In this document: positions 12,517 through 24,265 of the stretch, one piece after another
Numbering within the stretch: position 1 is the first letter of the stretch
Layout of the letters: the number at the start of each line of letters is the position of its first letter
Assembly: GCA_032718475.1 (NCBI GenBank)
Contig: JAUCBJ010004984.1
Coordinates: 1-56,184, forward strand
Direction: 5' to 3'
Origin: Nemertoderma westbladi
Taxonomy: Eukaryota; Animalia; Xenacoelomorpha
DNA length: 56,184 nucleotides
Notes under the pieces: generated by a model
Told to the model about the DNA's origin: nothing
Databases searched by the model: none
What the model saw: only the letters and a program-made list of their open reading frames with translations
Made by a program: the position numbers and the translations under genes

Positions 12517-13053
12517 CCCTTTGCGTACCAACACTTAAATAAGGCGGCACACTGCCGCCTTTTTCATTTTAAATAATTGCCGCCTTTATATGATTATAAA
12601 TTAACCCCAACGGCGGCAGAGATTTATTATCCTAACCCCCAGGGCGGCACTGTGCCGCCTATATTTAAAACCTCTTATAACTTTCTTATAACTATTGAGG
12701 CGGAAAAATGGAGTTCATATTCGTGTTGGGCAGGAAAAACTGGTCCAGAAAACTTAATTTAATATTTCGTGAAGGGATTCGCATTGGTTTGAGGGTATTT
12801 TAAATTACATAATTTATGCAATTTAATTTCAATTTAACCAATCATTTTTTTTTTGACAAATGGTTAAAAGCGGCAGTGTGGCGCCTTTGAGGGTAGGATA
12901 ATTAATATTATGGTTGGTTATCTTCTTTATATAAAAACCTCTGGTACGACAAGAAAATAAATCTTGGTCCGATCAAATATATTTTTCATGGTCCTTGGAC
13001 TGAAAGAAGAAGAAGAATTTATGTAATGGGTTTATGTAATGGTACGCAAAGGG
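12517..13053. mobile_element. piggyBac-type MITE
   Basis: 14-bp TIR CCCTTTGCGTACCA / TGGTACGCAAAGGG; right flank TTAA, left flank TTAAAA; internal palindromes of the ggcggcacactgccgcc type. Confidence 0.85.
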
Positions 13054-13464
13054 TTAACTGTCCAAGTTTACAACATTTGTAAAAAGAAAAACTCTGAAAC
13101 TGGTAATGTATAACCCAATGTTGCGAACTACGCGTAGCTACTCGGAGGCCTACGTAGTTCATCGAAAAGATATACCTGGCATATCTGCCTACAGCCTATG
13201 TCAGTATGTGTTCTGCTAGTTTTAATTTATTCTGTCAAACTATACCGGTACTGTCAGACGGAGTTGTAAGTAAGTGTAGTGCAGTAGGCTAGTGGGTGTA
13301 CTGGTGTATTGTATCCTACCTGTACACTGTACGGCCAGTACGGCCTGTGGCCTGTTCCCGAAACGTGCTGACGTGACTGTGTCCAGAATTATAATAGGCC
13401 TACAGCAATACTTTCGGGTGTAAACTTTACTCTACTCATAGCTCAGTAGCTGCACAGACTCATC

Positions 13465-15195
13465 ATGGCTATTTTTATCGACGAGTGCACCGATATGACG
13501 GCGGTGGAACAAAACGAGAATCGGGATTTCGGCGAGTCGATCCGAGACCCGATAGATGTAAAGCGACTCCGCGGAGAGGAGGGAGTTATATTCGATGTCG
13601 ACGAAATGGAATCCGGAATGCCGGAATCGATTAAACCTGTGCCATATAAGAACTACTTCGAGAAAGAGGATGTCATGAAATACCTGAACCCGGAATGTTT
13701 AGGGGTTGGTGGCGAAGCCACGGATTCCAATGAGTCTCCCTTTCGGTTAATGGCACGCCGAATGACTGACATCTCTGATTACTTCCCTGTTGGCAGCGTT
13801 CTTAAGGAGACTATAACCCCTGGCGACGGGCATCTCGTACCGGAGAGCGCCTTCGTAACGATCCACTACAACATGTACCACGAGTTCGCCGACGAACCGA
13901 TGGACTCCACGTACCTCCGCCGACGTCCGGAACGGTTCCGATTGAACGCGGGCCGTGTGTGGCCCGGGGTGGATGTGGCCGTGAGCACGATGCGTCTGGG
14001 GGAGGCCGCTCGTTTCCTATTGGCCCCCGAGGTGGTCGCCGGGCAACTAGGGGTGGGGCCACGGATGCCACCGGCTACGACTCTGTGGGTTATCGTCCTG
14101 GAGAACTTCCAGGACGTCCAACCGACCGAGGACTATTATTCCATGGACGAGTACGAGAGACGCGCTCTAACATTCTCGCAAGTTAAACGCGCGTTTATGA
14201 CGGAGAAAGATTACGGGAATGACCTTTACAAACACAAACAGTTCGATTGGGCCTTCAAGAAGTACCTAAAAGCGATCCATATAGTCGAGGATTGTACTTT
14301 ACAAAGCGAGGAAGAGCAGACCGACTGGTATAAGTGCAGTCAGGTTGTCTATAGCAACGCGGCGCTCTGTGCTTACAAGATGGAAGAATGGCAAAAAGTG
14401 TTGAGGTACACGAATAAAGTTATTTATAACATCCCCGTGGCGGATAAAGAAAAGGTAAAGTGTTTCTATCTAGCCGGAAAGGCAAAGCGAATGAAAGGGG
14501 ATTACCGGGGCGCCAGACATGCCTTGATCAAGGCTCAACGTATAAAACCGTACGATCAATGTATCAACAACGAGTTAAATGAGTTGGAGAAAGATGTCGC
14601 CAAGTTTGAGCAGTTTGAGAAGGTGATGTGTAAGAATATATTCGGTGAGAGTTCGGGGAAGTCTGGTAGAGGGTCTGGAGATCAGTCTGGGGAGACGAGG
14701 AGCCACGGGGATAAAGACCAGTTTGGGGATAACAGGGCCCCATCTGCTGATGGTGGTCTCTCTGGGAAATCTCCCGTGTCTGACCACTCTACTGCTTTGG
14801 ATTCCCGCTCTCCCGCAGCTGATCACTCTGCTACTCTGGCTTCCCACTCTCCCAAAACTGACCAGTCTGCTGCTCTGGCTTCCCGCTCTCCCCTAACTGA
14901 CCACTCTGCTGCTCTGGGTTCCCGCTCTCCCCTAACTGACCACTCTGCTCCTCTGGCCTCCCGTTCACCCCTTGGAAATCACTCCCCCAACCTTGGTTCC
15001 TGCCCACCGGTGAGCCAGACCACCAAGGAGACCATACATGAGATGTTGGAGTCTCTCACAGTGACACCTTCCATACAGTGCCCTCGCAGTGTTTGGACAC
15101 CCAAGGAAGAGATTTATATGAGACAGGCGGCTGATAGAATGGGTGTCACTGTCAATGCATCACAGGATCAACTGATACTCGTTAAGAAGAAGTAA
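13465..15195 (+). CDS. FKBP6: FKBP6/shutdown-like inactive PPIase plus TPR co-chaperone, single coding exon
   Basis: SPFRLMARRMTDIS, VLKETITPGDG, VTIHYNMYHEFADEPMDSTYLR and VAVSTMRLGEAARFL follow the FKBP6 pattern. Three TPR-like units follow (KDYGNDLYK, YSNAALCAYK, KCFYLAGKAK). Confidence 0.88.
   Translation: MAIFIDECTDMTAVEQNENRDFGESIRDPIDVKRLRGEEGVIFDVDEMESGMPESIKPVPYKNYFEKEDVMKYLNPECLGVGGEATDSNESPFRLMARRMTDISDYFPVGSVLKETITPGDGHLVPESAFVTIHYNMYHEFADEPMDSTYLRRRPERFRLNAGRVWPGVDVAVSTMRLGEAARFLLAPEVVAGQLGVGPRMPPATTLWVIVLENFQDVQPTEDYYSMDEYERRALTFSQVKRAFMTEKDYGNDLYKHKQFDWAFKKYLKAIHIVEDCTLQSEEEQTDWYKCSQVVYSNAALCAYKMEEWQKVLRYTNKVIYNIPVADKEKVKCFYLAGKAKRMKGDYRGARHALIKAQRIKPYDQCINNELNELEKDVAKFEQFEKVMCKNIFGESSGKSGRGSGDQSGETRSHGDKDQFGDNRAPSADGGLSGKSPVSDHSTALDSRSPAADHSATLASHSPKTDQSAALASRSPLTDHSAALGSRSPLTDHSAPLASRSPLGNHSPNLGSCPPVSQTTKETIHEMLESLTVTPSIQCPRSVWTPKEEIYMRQAADRMGVTVNASQDQLILVKKK
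14770..15003 (+). repeat. In-frame 39-bp tandem repeat (SPLTDHSAALASR x~6) in FKBP6
   Basis: Units start at about 14770, 14809, 14848, 14887, 14926 and 14965. Confidence 0.9.
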
Positions 15196-15809
15196 TCAAC
15201 TAGTTGTGTCAATATTTTGCCGTTTACTTGCAATATTTTAGATTATTTACAGTTTATTGTTTTTTATTCGATGATTCAGGTATTAACTACATAATCTGCG
15301 ATTAATCCAGTGTAATTAATATGATATACAAAAAGAGTCTAGTCAAAAATATATACAATTTTACAAATATCCAAAACATCTTCCTTATTTACTGTAGGTG
15401 CCAAACTTCCTTTTATGTACCAAATTTCCTTTTATATTTTCCACACTCCCACACTGGTGGAGAGTGTCGCTTTATCACCAGCAGTCTCATCACGAATGAT
15501 ACTGCTGCTACAGTTACCAACACTCTTCTGACAGTGCCTGGCTGACAAAGCAGTGTAGTGATTGAGGGATAAGCCCAGCTATGGGTCTTGCTGGATAATG
15601 AATTCTCATTGTTATTGAGGGACGAGCCACGTAAGTCCAGGTGGGTGAGTGAGCCTTAGTAAAGTGGTATAATTAGTGGACCCGTATGTCGTCATTGTCG
15701 CAAATGTTCGAACGCTCATAAGTCGCTCAATCTTTGATGAAATGGGACACATGTAGTCTATAAAAAGTTTAGAAATAGAAATAAAAAAAAAGAAATAAAT
15801 AGAAATAAA

Positions 15810-15992
15810 AGGGAGGATATTGTCGCTTTCAAAATTCATTCCTCTCCAGGGGAAAATTGACGCAAATAACAGCTGATTACTCCCATAATTAAAACTGTAA
15901 CCTGTTCTATTGACTTTAGTGTATTGTTTTGCTTAGAATAACGTCGCAGTGTTTCATACTCATTATCCTTAATTGATAATTAATTTAACATT
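15810..15992 (+). mobile_element. Dispersed ~200-270 bp MITE-like repeat, copy A
   Basis: Core ccaggggaaaa..gacgcaaataacagctgattactc..aaaactgtaacctgttctattgacttt is shared with five other copies in this window. Confidence 0.8.
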
Positions 15993-15996
15993 GCAT

Positions 15997-18900
15997 CGAT
16001 CTGCAACACAGCCTCCATCCTCGGCACCATGGACCCCAACCCTATCCGATCTGCAACACGGCCTCCATCCTCGGCACCATGGACCCAACCCTATCCGATC
16101 TGCAACACGGCTTCCATCCTCGGCACCATGGACCCCAACCCTATCCGATCGGCAACACAGTCTCCATCATTGGTACCATGGACCACAACCCTATCCTATC
16201 TGCAACACAGCCTCCATCCTCGGTACCATGGACCCCAACCCTATCCAATCACCAACACGGCCTCCATCCTCGGCACCACGGACCCCAACCCTATCCGATC
16301 GGCAACACGGCCTCCATCCTCGGCACCATAGACCCCAACCCTATGCGATCTGCAACACAGCCTCCATCCTCGGCACCATGTACCCCAACCCTATCCAATC
16401 ACCAAGACGGCCTCCATTCTCGACACCACGGACCTCAACCCTATCTTATCTGCAACACAGCCTCCATCCTCGGTACCATTGACCCCAACCCTATCCAATC
16501 AGCAACACGGCCTCCATCCTCAGCACCATGGACCCCAACCCTATCCGATCGGCAACACAGCCTCCATCCTCGGCACCATGGACCCCAACCCTATCCGATC
16601 GGCAACACAGCATCCATCATCGGCACCATGGACCCCAAACCTATCTGATCACCAACACGGCCTCCATCCTCGGCACCATGGACCCAACCCTATTCTATCT
16701 GAAAAACGGCCTCCATCCTCGGCACCATGGACCCCAACCCTATCCGATCGGCAACACGGCCTCCATCCTCGGCACCATGGACCACAACCCTATCCTATCT
16801 GCAACACAGCCTCCATCCTCGGTACCATGGACCCCAACCCTATCCAATCACCAACACGGCCTCCATCCTCGGCACCACGGACCCCAACCCTATCCGATCG
16901 GCAACACGGCCTCCATCCTCGGCACCATAGACCCCAACCCTATGCGATCTGCAACACAGCCTCCATCCTCGGCACCATGTACCCCAACCCTATCCAATCA
17001 CCAAGACGGCCTCCATTCTCGATACCACGGACCTCAACCCTATCTTATCTGCAACACAGCCTCCATCCTCGGTACCATTGACCCCAACCCTATCCAATCA
17101 CCAACACGGCCTCCATCCTCAGCACCATGGACCCCAACCCTATCCGATCGGCAACACAGCCTCCATCCTCGGCACCATGGACCCCAACCCTATCCGATCG
17201 GCAACACAGCATCCATCCTCGGCACCATGGACCCCAACCCTATCCAACCAACACGGCCTCCATCCTCGGCACCACGGACCCCAACCCTATCCGATCGGCA
17301 ACACGGCCTCCATCCTCGGCACCATGGACCCCAACCCTATCCGATCGGCAACACGGCCTCAATCATCGGCACCATGGACCCCAACCCTATCTGATCACCA
17401 ACACAGCCTCCATCCTCGGCACCATGGACCCAACCCTATTCGATCTGCAACACTGCCTCCATCCTTGGCACCATGGACCCCAACCCTATCCGATCGACAA
17501 CACGGCCTCAATCCTTGGTACCATGGACCCCAACCCTATCCGATCTGCAACACGGCCTCAATCCTCGGCACCATGGAACCCAACCCTATCTGATCTGCAA
17601 CATGGCCTCCATCCTCGGTACCATCGACCCCAACCCTATCCAATCACCAATACGGCCTCCATCCTCGGCACCACGGACCCCAACCCTATCCGATCGGCAA
17701 CACGGCCTCCATCCTCGGCACCATGGACCCCAACCCTATCCGATCACCAACACGGCCTCCATCATCGGCACCATGGACCCCAAACCTATCCGATCACCAA
17801 CACGGCCTCAATCCTCGGTACTATGGACCCCAGCCCTATCCGATCTGCAACACGGCCTCAATCCTCGGCACCATGGACCCCAACCCTATCCGATCTGCAA
17901 CACAGCCTCCATCCTCGGTACCATTGACCCCAACCATATCCAATCACCAACACAGCCTCCATCCTCAGCACCACGGACCCCAACCATATCCGATCGGCAA
18001 CACGGCCTCCATCCTCGGTACCATGGACCCCAACCCTATCCGATCTGCAACACAACCTCCATCCTCGGCACCATGGACCCCTACCCTATCCGATCTGCAC
18101 CACAGCCTCCATCCTCGGTACCATGGACCCCAACCCTATCAGATCACCAACACAGCATCCATCCTCGGCACCATGGACCCCAACCCTATCCGATCGGCAA
18201 CATGGCCTCCATCCTCAGCACCACGGACCCCAACCCTATCCGATCGGCAACACAGCCTCCATCCTCGGCACCAAGGACCCCAACTCTATCCGATCACAAA
18301 CACGGCCTCCATCTCTCAGCAACACGGACCCCAACCCTATCCGATCAGCAACACAGCCTCCATCCTCGGCACCATGGACCCCAACCCTATCCGATCGGCA
18401 ACACGGCCTCCATCATCGGCACCATGGACCCAATACTATCCGATAACCAACACAGCCTCCATCCTCGGCACCATGGACCCAACCCTATTCGATCGGCAAC
18501 ACGGCCTCCATCCTTGGCACCATGGACCCAACCCTATCCGATCGGCAACACGGCCTCCATCCTCGGCACCATTGACCCCAACCCTATCCAATCACCAACA
18601 CGGCTTCCATCCTCGGCACCACGGACCCTAACCCTATCCGATCGGCAACACGGCCTCCATCCTCGGTACCATGGACCCCAACCCTATCCGATCTGCAACA
18701 CAGCCTCCATCCTCGGCACCACGGACCCCAGCCCTATCCGATCTGTAACACGGCCTCCATCCTCGGCACCATGGACCCCAACCCTATCCGATCACCAACA
18801 CGGCCTCCATCCCCGGCACCATGGAACCCAACCCTATCCGATCACCAACACGGCCTCCATCCCCGGCACCATGGACCCCAACCCTATCTGATCTGCAACA

Positions 18901-19038
18901 CGGCCTCCATCCTCGGCACCATGGACCCCAACCCTATCCGATCTGCAACACGGCCTCCATCCTCGGCACCATGGAACCCAACCCTATCTGATTGGCCTCC
19001 ATCCTCGTCACGGTGGACCCCAATCCTATCCGGTCGGT
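15997..19038. repeat. 50-bp minisatellite, ~61 copies
   Basis: Unit cgatctgcaacacggcctccatcctcggcaccatggaccccaaccctatc, with occasional 49-bp units. Confidence 0.98.
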
Positions 19039-19964
19039 AATGCGACCTCCTTTCATTCGCATAAAATTCTGATAGAATTTGACCTCCATATTTTGGCCTT
19101 CAAACTTTTGCTAAAAACTTTTCAAAAATGTATCTCCGACATTAATTATCAATATTTCGAACTGGGACTAATTTAAGTGAATAATCCATAATCTTTTAGG
19201 CTCATTAAGGCAAGGAATGAGAGCTCACCAGCAGTAAACCCATCCATTTTGTTTCCCAAGTTACCTTGGGGGTTCCCATTTATCCACTAGTTAAAAATTA
19301 AAGGCTGGTCAAACTCAGATTAATAATTTAAAAATAATATTAATTAATTTCATTATTATGGATTGGGCCGGTCGTTTTTGCTAAACGTGAAACCAATAAT
19401 GTTAGCAGATAAATATCTCCATCACATAAATATATATTATTATTAATATTAAATTAATGTAATATAATTTACATAATTAAATAAACAGCATTCCAGAATT
19501 ATTATTCATATAAATACAGCATACATTAGAACAGAATAAATAGCCTTCAATTTGAATGACAAAAACAACAATAACACAATCCTACTTGGTAACTAGAAAA
19601 TAATGAATATCCCTGAAGTTTATTATGCTAGTCTATTATCCTATAATACTGCATAGGATATGTATAAGGATATTAGATATTACCATTGAGTACCGGTAAT
19701 ATTTCATATAAAAACATATAAAATATATTTACAATACATACAGATATTAATACTTTGAACAATTTGATTAACTAATTTTATAAAGGAAATTTTTCCATAT
19801 GAATCTGCCAGGGTTTTATATTTCTTTATGAAAAAATGAAAAATAATATCTTTGTTTATTAATTAGAAACTATTCTAATCTGTTAATTTTGGATAAATTT
19901 CCGTAAAAAGAAAATCGTGATGAATTATTGCACGGGATGTTATTGTTGGAAATAATATATGAGT

Positions 19965-21845
19965 TTATACGATGGCTCCTATCGCATCATATACAGCCAA
20001 TACATGTTGTAACACCTTGGATATTGTTTTTAACGTTTTAAGTTTGTGGTGACGTTTGACTTTTGGTTTTGTTTGAGTTTTAACGAATAGATCTGCGTAA
20101 TTATTATTAGTTTTACGTTTCTGATCAATATTACCAATTAGTTTCGTTTGGGATTCAACGTATTTATTGGCGTAGTTGCTGACATGGGGATTGGAACTTA
20201 CTGATTGTTCCTCACCGACTGATTGTTCCACGCTGACTGACAGTTCCTCACTGACTGACAATTCCTTACCGACTGATTGTTCCATGGTGACTGACAGTTC
20301 CTCACCCACTGATTGTTCCTCACCGACTGATTGTTCCACGCTGACTGACAGTTCCTCACTGACTGACAATTCCTTACCGACTGATTGTTCCACGCTGTCT
20401 GACAGTTCCTCACCGACTGATTGTCTCACACTGACTGACAGTTCCTCATCGACTGATTGTCTCACACTGACTGACAGTTCCTCACCGACTGATTGTTCCA
20501 CGCTGACTGACAGTTCCTCACCGACTGATTGTCTCACACTGACTGATAGTTCCTCATCGACTGATTGTCTCACACTGACTGACAGTTCCTCACTGACTGA
20601 TTGTTCCACGCTGACTGACAGTTCCTCACAGTCTGATTGTTCCACGCTGACTGACAGTTCCTCACCGACTGATTGTCTCACACTGATTGACAGTTCCTCA
20701 CCGACTGATTGTTCCAAGATAACTGACAGTTCCTCATTGACTGACAATTCCTTACCGACTGATTGTTCCATGGTGACTGACAGTTCCTCACCCACTGATT
20801 GTTCCTCACCGCCTGATTGTTCCACGCTGACTGACAGTTCCTCGCCGACTGATTGTCTCACACTGACTGACAGTTCCTCACCGACTGATTGTTCCACGCT
20901 GAATGGCAGTTCCTCACGGACTGATTGTTCCGAACTGCGTTCACTTAGACCCAACGCGCGACAGAACTCATTGCATCTGTGGGACTCCATATACCGCTCG
21001 ATTCCTTCCAGACCGAAGTCGGTTAACCCAAAACGTTGTTCAGCTGAATGTATCGCGGGGTCGGTCAACACGTATCTACCCTCCTTACGGACTCCCTGTA
21101 GGTCGCACACAAGGCACTCGTTATCACTTGTCACCAACGTCCAATGAGAGAAGGCCGTTAGAAACTCGCAACCGTGAGCTTCGTAACCTCCGTTGTCGCT
21201 GAATCTTTGGTAACGGTCTCCGATAAAGGGCTCGATGGTAACGAAATCCATCGCGGATACGAGATCGTTTGTGTAGATCGGGATAGTCCCGAGAACTTCA
21301 AATCGCGATATTTTATCCATCTGCGCGATTAACGGGACCACAAACTCTACTGAATGGGCTGGGAACCGCGTTCCGCACACCTCCATGAACCGTTCTGCGT
21401 ACGAAGCAGCGGTTCTACTCGCCGCCACGTCCGGGAGACAGTTTCTAATGTCTCTATTATTCGCGCGCTGTTTGTAGACTTTAACGACACATTGCTCTCC
21501 GTTTTTCGGTATCCCAGCCCCGCTGTAGACTCCCGTGAACGCGTACCGCATTGCGCCCGCAGCGAACGGGCGCTCGCTAAACTTCGCCCGGTATTTATTC
21601 CCGGCCTCGTCCTTGTTCAAAGAGAAGTGCGTTTTATTCGGGTGGTCGGCACCGAATACAAACAAAAGGATAGACATTATATTTAGTGAGAGAATAATAT
21701 TGGAAACTTTTAACGTTAATATTAATTGATTGTTCTTGCATATTTTCGTGATCATCTCCGTTTTATAATTTTCTACGAAGCACGTGACTGCAGATAAATG
21801 CTGTAGAGACATCAATACTAATTCAATAGCTTCTCTTAATAGCAT
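19965..21845 (-). CDS. Alpha-kinase (eEF2K/MHCK-type catalytic domain) with acidic repeat tail; start codon uncertain
   Basis: PFAAGAMRYAF, CVVKVYK, TIEPFIG..YQRFSDNGG, AFSHWT, LVCDLQGV, LTDPAIHS, FGLTDFGLEGI and the Zn ligands HRCNEFC; uninterrupted ORF. Confidence 0.92.
   Translation of the reverse strand: MLLREAIELVLMSLQHLSAVTCFVENYKTEMITKICKNNQLILTLKVSNIILSLNIMSILLFVFGADHPNKTHFSLNKDEAGNKYRAKFSERPFAAGAMRYAFTGVYSGAGIPKNGEQCVVKVYKQRANNRDIRNCLPDVAASRTAASYAERFMEVCGTRFPAHSVEFVVPLIAQMDKISRFEVLGTIPIYTNDLVSAMDFVTIEPFIGDRYQRFSDNGGYEAHGCEFLTAFSHWTLVTSDNECLVCDLQGVRKEGRYVLTDPAIHSAEQRFGLTDFGLEGIERYMESHRCNEFCRALGLSERSSEQSVREELPFSVEQSVGEELSVSVRQSVGEELSVSVEQSGGEEQSVGEELSVTMEQSVGKELSVNEELSVILEQSVGEELSISVRQSVGEELSVSVEQSDCEELSVSVEQSVSEELSVSVRQSVDEELSVSVRQSVGEELSVSVEQSVGEELSVSVRQSVDEELSVSVRQSVGEELSDSVEQSVGKELSVSEELSVSVEQSVGEEQSVGEELSVTMEQSVGKELSVSEELSVSVEQSVGEEQSVSSNPHVSNYANKYVESQTKLIGNIDQKRKTNNNYADLFVKTQTKPKVKRHHKLKTLKTISKVLQHVLAVYDAIGAIV
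20200..20930 (-). repeat. In-frame 36-bp (18+18) tandem repeat encoding SVEQSVGEELSV x~20
   Basis: Alternating ccgactgattgttccacg / ctgactgacagttcctca on the + strand. Confidence 0.95.
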
Positions 21846-22365
21846 TTTGTATGGCTGGTTTATAATTCTCTCAAATACAATACCTGTTCACCATTGTACT
21901 TTATACACAAACAACAACGCCCTTTGTGTGTGAGTAAACAATTAATTCTATGAATTGGCTTGTCTAGTTATATTTTTGAAGGGATGAGGGAGGGGGTGAC
22001 ACTCGTGACAGTGGTAGTACAAGTAAAGGGGTTCACCCTTTATAGATATGATTTTATCTTCTCTCTTACTCTGTTGTATTTATATCATTCAACACCATTT
22101 ATATCACTACTCGTACAACACCATAATAATTGTTATCATTTCTAATTATAGACGAGCATGTAAGGCGCGTGGTTTTAACATAAAAAATATACTCTATGAA
22201 TTATTTATAGAAACACATCATGCATTTAAAGCAAGCATTCATTGGAGGCCCAATAGCAATTCAATATTAAATATTAATACTACAATGTAACGGTATGTAC
22301 CGGGGATTTGGTATTACCGGTTCTGAAATATTAACCAATGGAAGGAAAGGAGAAACTGATTTCTG

Positions 22366-22920
22366 TGGGGCGAGCTACGAAGTGACGAAGACTGGGGGGG
22401 AGTCTTCGGTATAATTAGTGGACCTTCTGTCGTCATCGTTGCGACGCAATTGCAAAGGTTTGAAAGCTATTAAGTTGGCCAATCTTTTATGAAATGTAAC
22501 CAAAATGTGGTACACATGTAGTATATTATTAAAAGTGTAGAAATACCAGATTCGTCAGAGTGACCAGACTCCGAATTCGTATGTAGTTGGTTACCGGTAA
22601 TGTCTGGCACGAAGGAAGCTACAATTCTACAATACTGCAATTCTATGTACGGGGGTTTTCGTGGTTGCGATTTAATTTCCGACATCAATTTTAATATTTT
22701 GTTTAATCTACTCTGTCTGTCAGTCGGATTGTGCGTCTGTCCGCCATACATTGTGGCGGTCAGATTCATAGGCTAACATTCCACGATTACTCTAGAATTA
22801 AATTATATATCTCTACTAAGCCGTTTTCAGATTTGAAATACTCATTAAATTCTACTCTAGATGAAATAAAGAAACAAATATCTGTAACTTTGACCGTATA
22901 GGGTGGCTACCCCCTTAAGG
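22366..22920 (+). mobile_element. Decayed HINE-like repeat
   Basis: Head gtggggcgagctacgaagtg resembles 1167-1186; 22650-22880 resembles 7229-7460. Confidence 0.5.
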
Positions 22921-24198
22921 TGTACTCAAGGTGTAGGGGTATTAATGTAATTTATTTGCACTGTTGTACCCCATGCACTGCAATATTGTGCCATAATTCA
23001 AAATAAAATGCTGACAATATTTTTACACTCGATATTTTCACTCCCGATATTTTTCAATTCCCGATATTTTTCACCAATACCAAACCACCCCCTAAAACGA
23101 TAATAACAACTTTCGTAATATAATATCATATATTATCAACAATAATATAAAATTCCGATATAATTTTGCACACAAACTTAACACAAAATGTTTCTAATAC
23201 TCACACTCACCGGTATATGTCTGCGAAATAGTACACCATATAATCACCATACAGACAGATTGTACACCGTACAATCTACAAACCTGTAGTCAATATAAAA
23301 AAAGCTAAAAATGGTTCAGAAAGGGTTCCAAAAAACAGCCTAACTAAGAGTTATTATTATTTAATTTAACTTATTTTAATTGCTATTTCAGGGTTCACAG
23401 TAACCCCAATTAACACTCTTTCAAAATTAAATCAATAATAATAAATAATCAATAAATAATTATTACCATAGTTACAAAGTAATAATTTAGTATTTAAATA
23501 TATATCACCTTTTCACTATCATCACTTCAAGGTTTTTACCCCTTCAGATCAAGTTCTGCACTCACACTTTGCACTCAAAGTAACTTCATCATTTTATTTA
23601 TAAGCTAAAATATGATAAGTATGAATAATATTTATAAGCGTGATAAACGGAAGTTAATACATGTCATTGATGTGTATTCGTAGCTTAAATATCAAATTAA
23701 AACATTATAACATTAACAATGTTTGTCGATATATGAAATATGCGTCCAAAGAAAAAAAAAACGAGAAAAAAAATAAAAAAGCTTCCATCTCCATGGAGTT
23801 TTTACGTGGATTGAATACAGTTATTTGATCCATTTCAGCACAGCAACACAAAATCCTAAATTCACTATATTTATTTAGCATATTTATTTAATATTGTGTT
23901 GTAAGTAAATGTGGATTGTTATTATGATAGACTCGAAAAGTAAACGCAATATGTCCGTAGTAGATAATCAATTTATTAACCAAAATATGGAATGGAATAC
24001 TAACTATATATACGTCATTGTTCATAAAATAGCACTTTATAGCGTTACGGCACGAGAACGCGGGCCGTAAAAGCTTTAATGTTCTAATTATGAACAATGG
24101 CGAATCTAATTTTATTTATTTGTGGGGAATTATTTGAACCTATTTCATTATGTATAAATATATAGCATCAATAACATAACTGTAGTAGAAGGTGCACT

Positions 24199-24265
24199 CA
24201 AGGACTTCAAGGACATAGTATATATTCTATTCTATAGAATATATACTATTTTCTTGAAGTCCTTG
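24199..24265. mobile_element. 67-bp palindromic micro-MITE, P-element-like
   Basis: 32-bp arms caaggacttcaag..atagtatatattctat (2 mismatches) with a 3-nt loop, flanked by the direct repeat GTGCACT (24192-24198, 24266-24272); CAAGG terminus. Confidence 0.75.

Noticed and set aside
15973-19040. Many long Pro/His-rich ORFs (mucin- or extensin-like)
   Set aside because: Produced by a stop-free 50-bp unit that is not a multiple of 3; the same peptides appear in all frames and 49-bp units shift frame freely.
20176-21147. 323-aa TDSS-rich ORF on +
   Set aside because: Antisense shadow of the alpha-kinase repeat.
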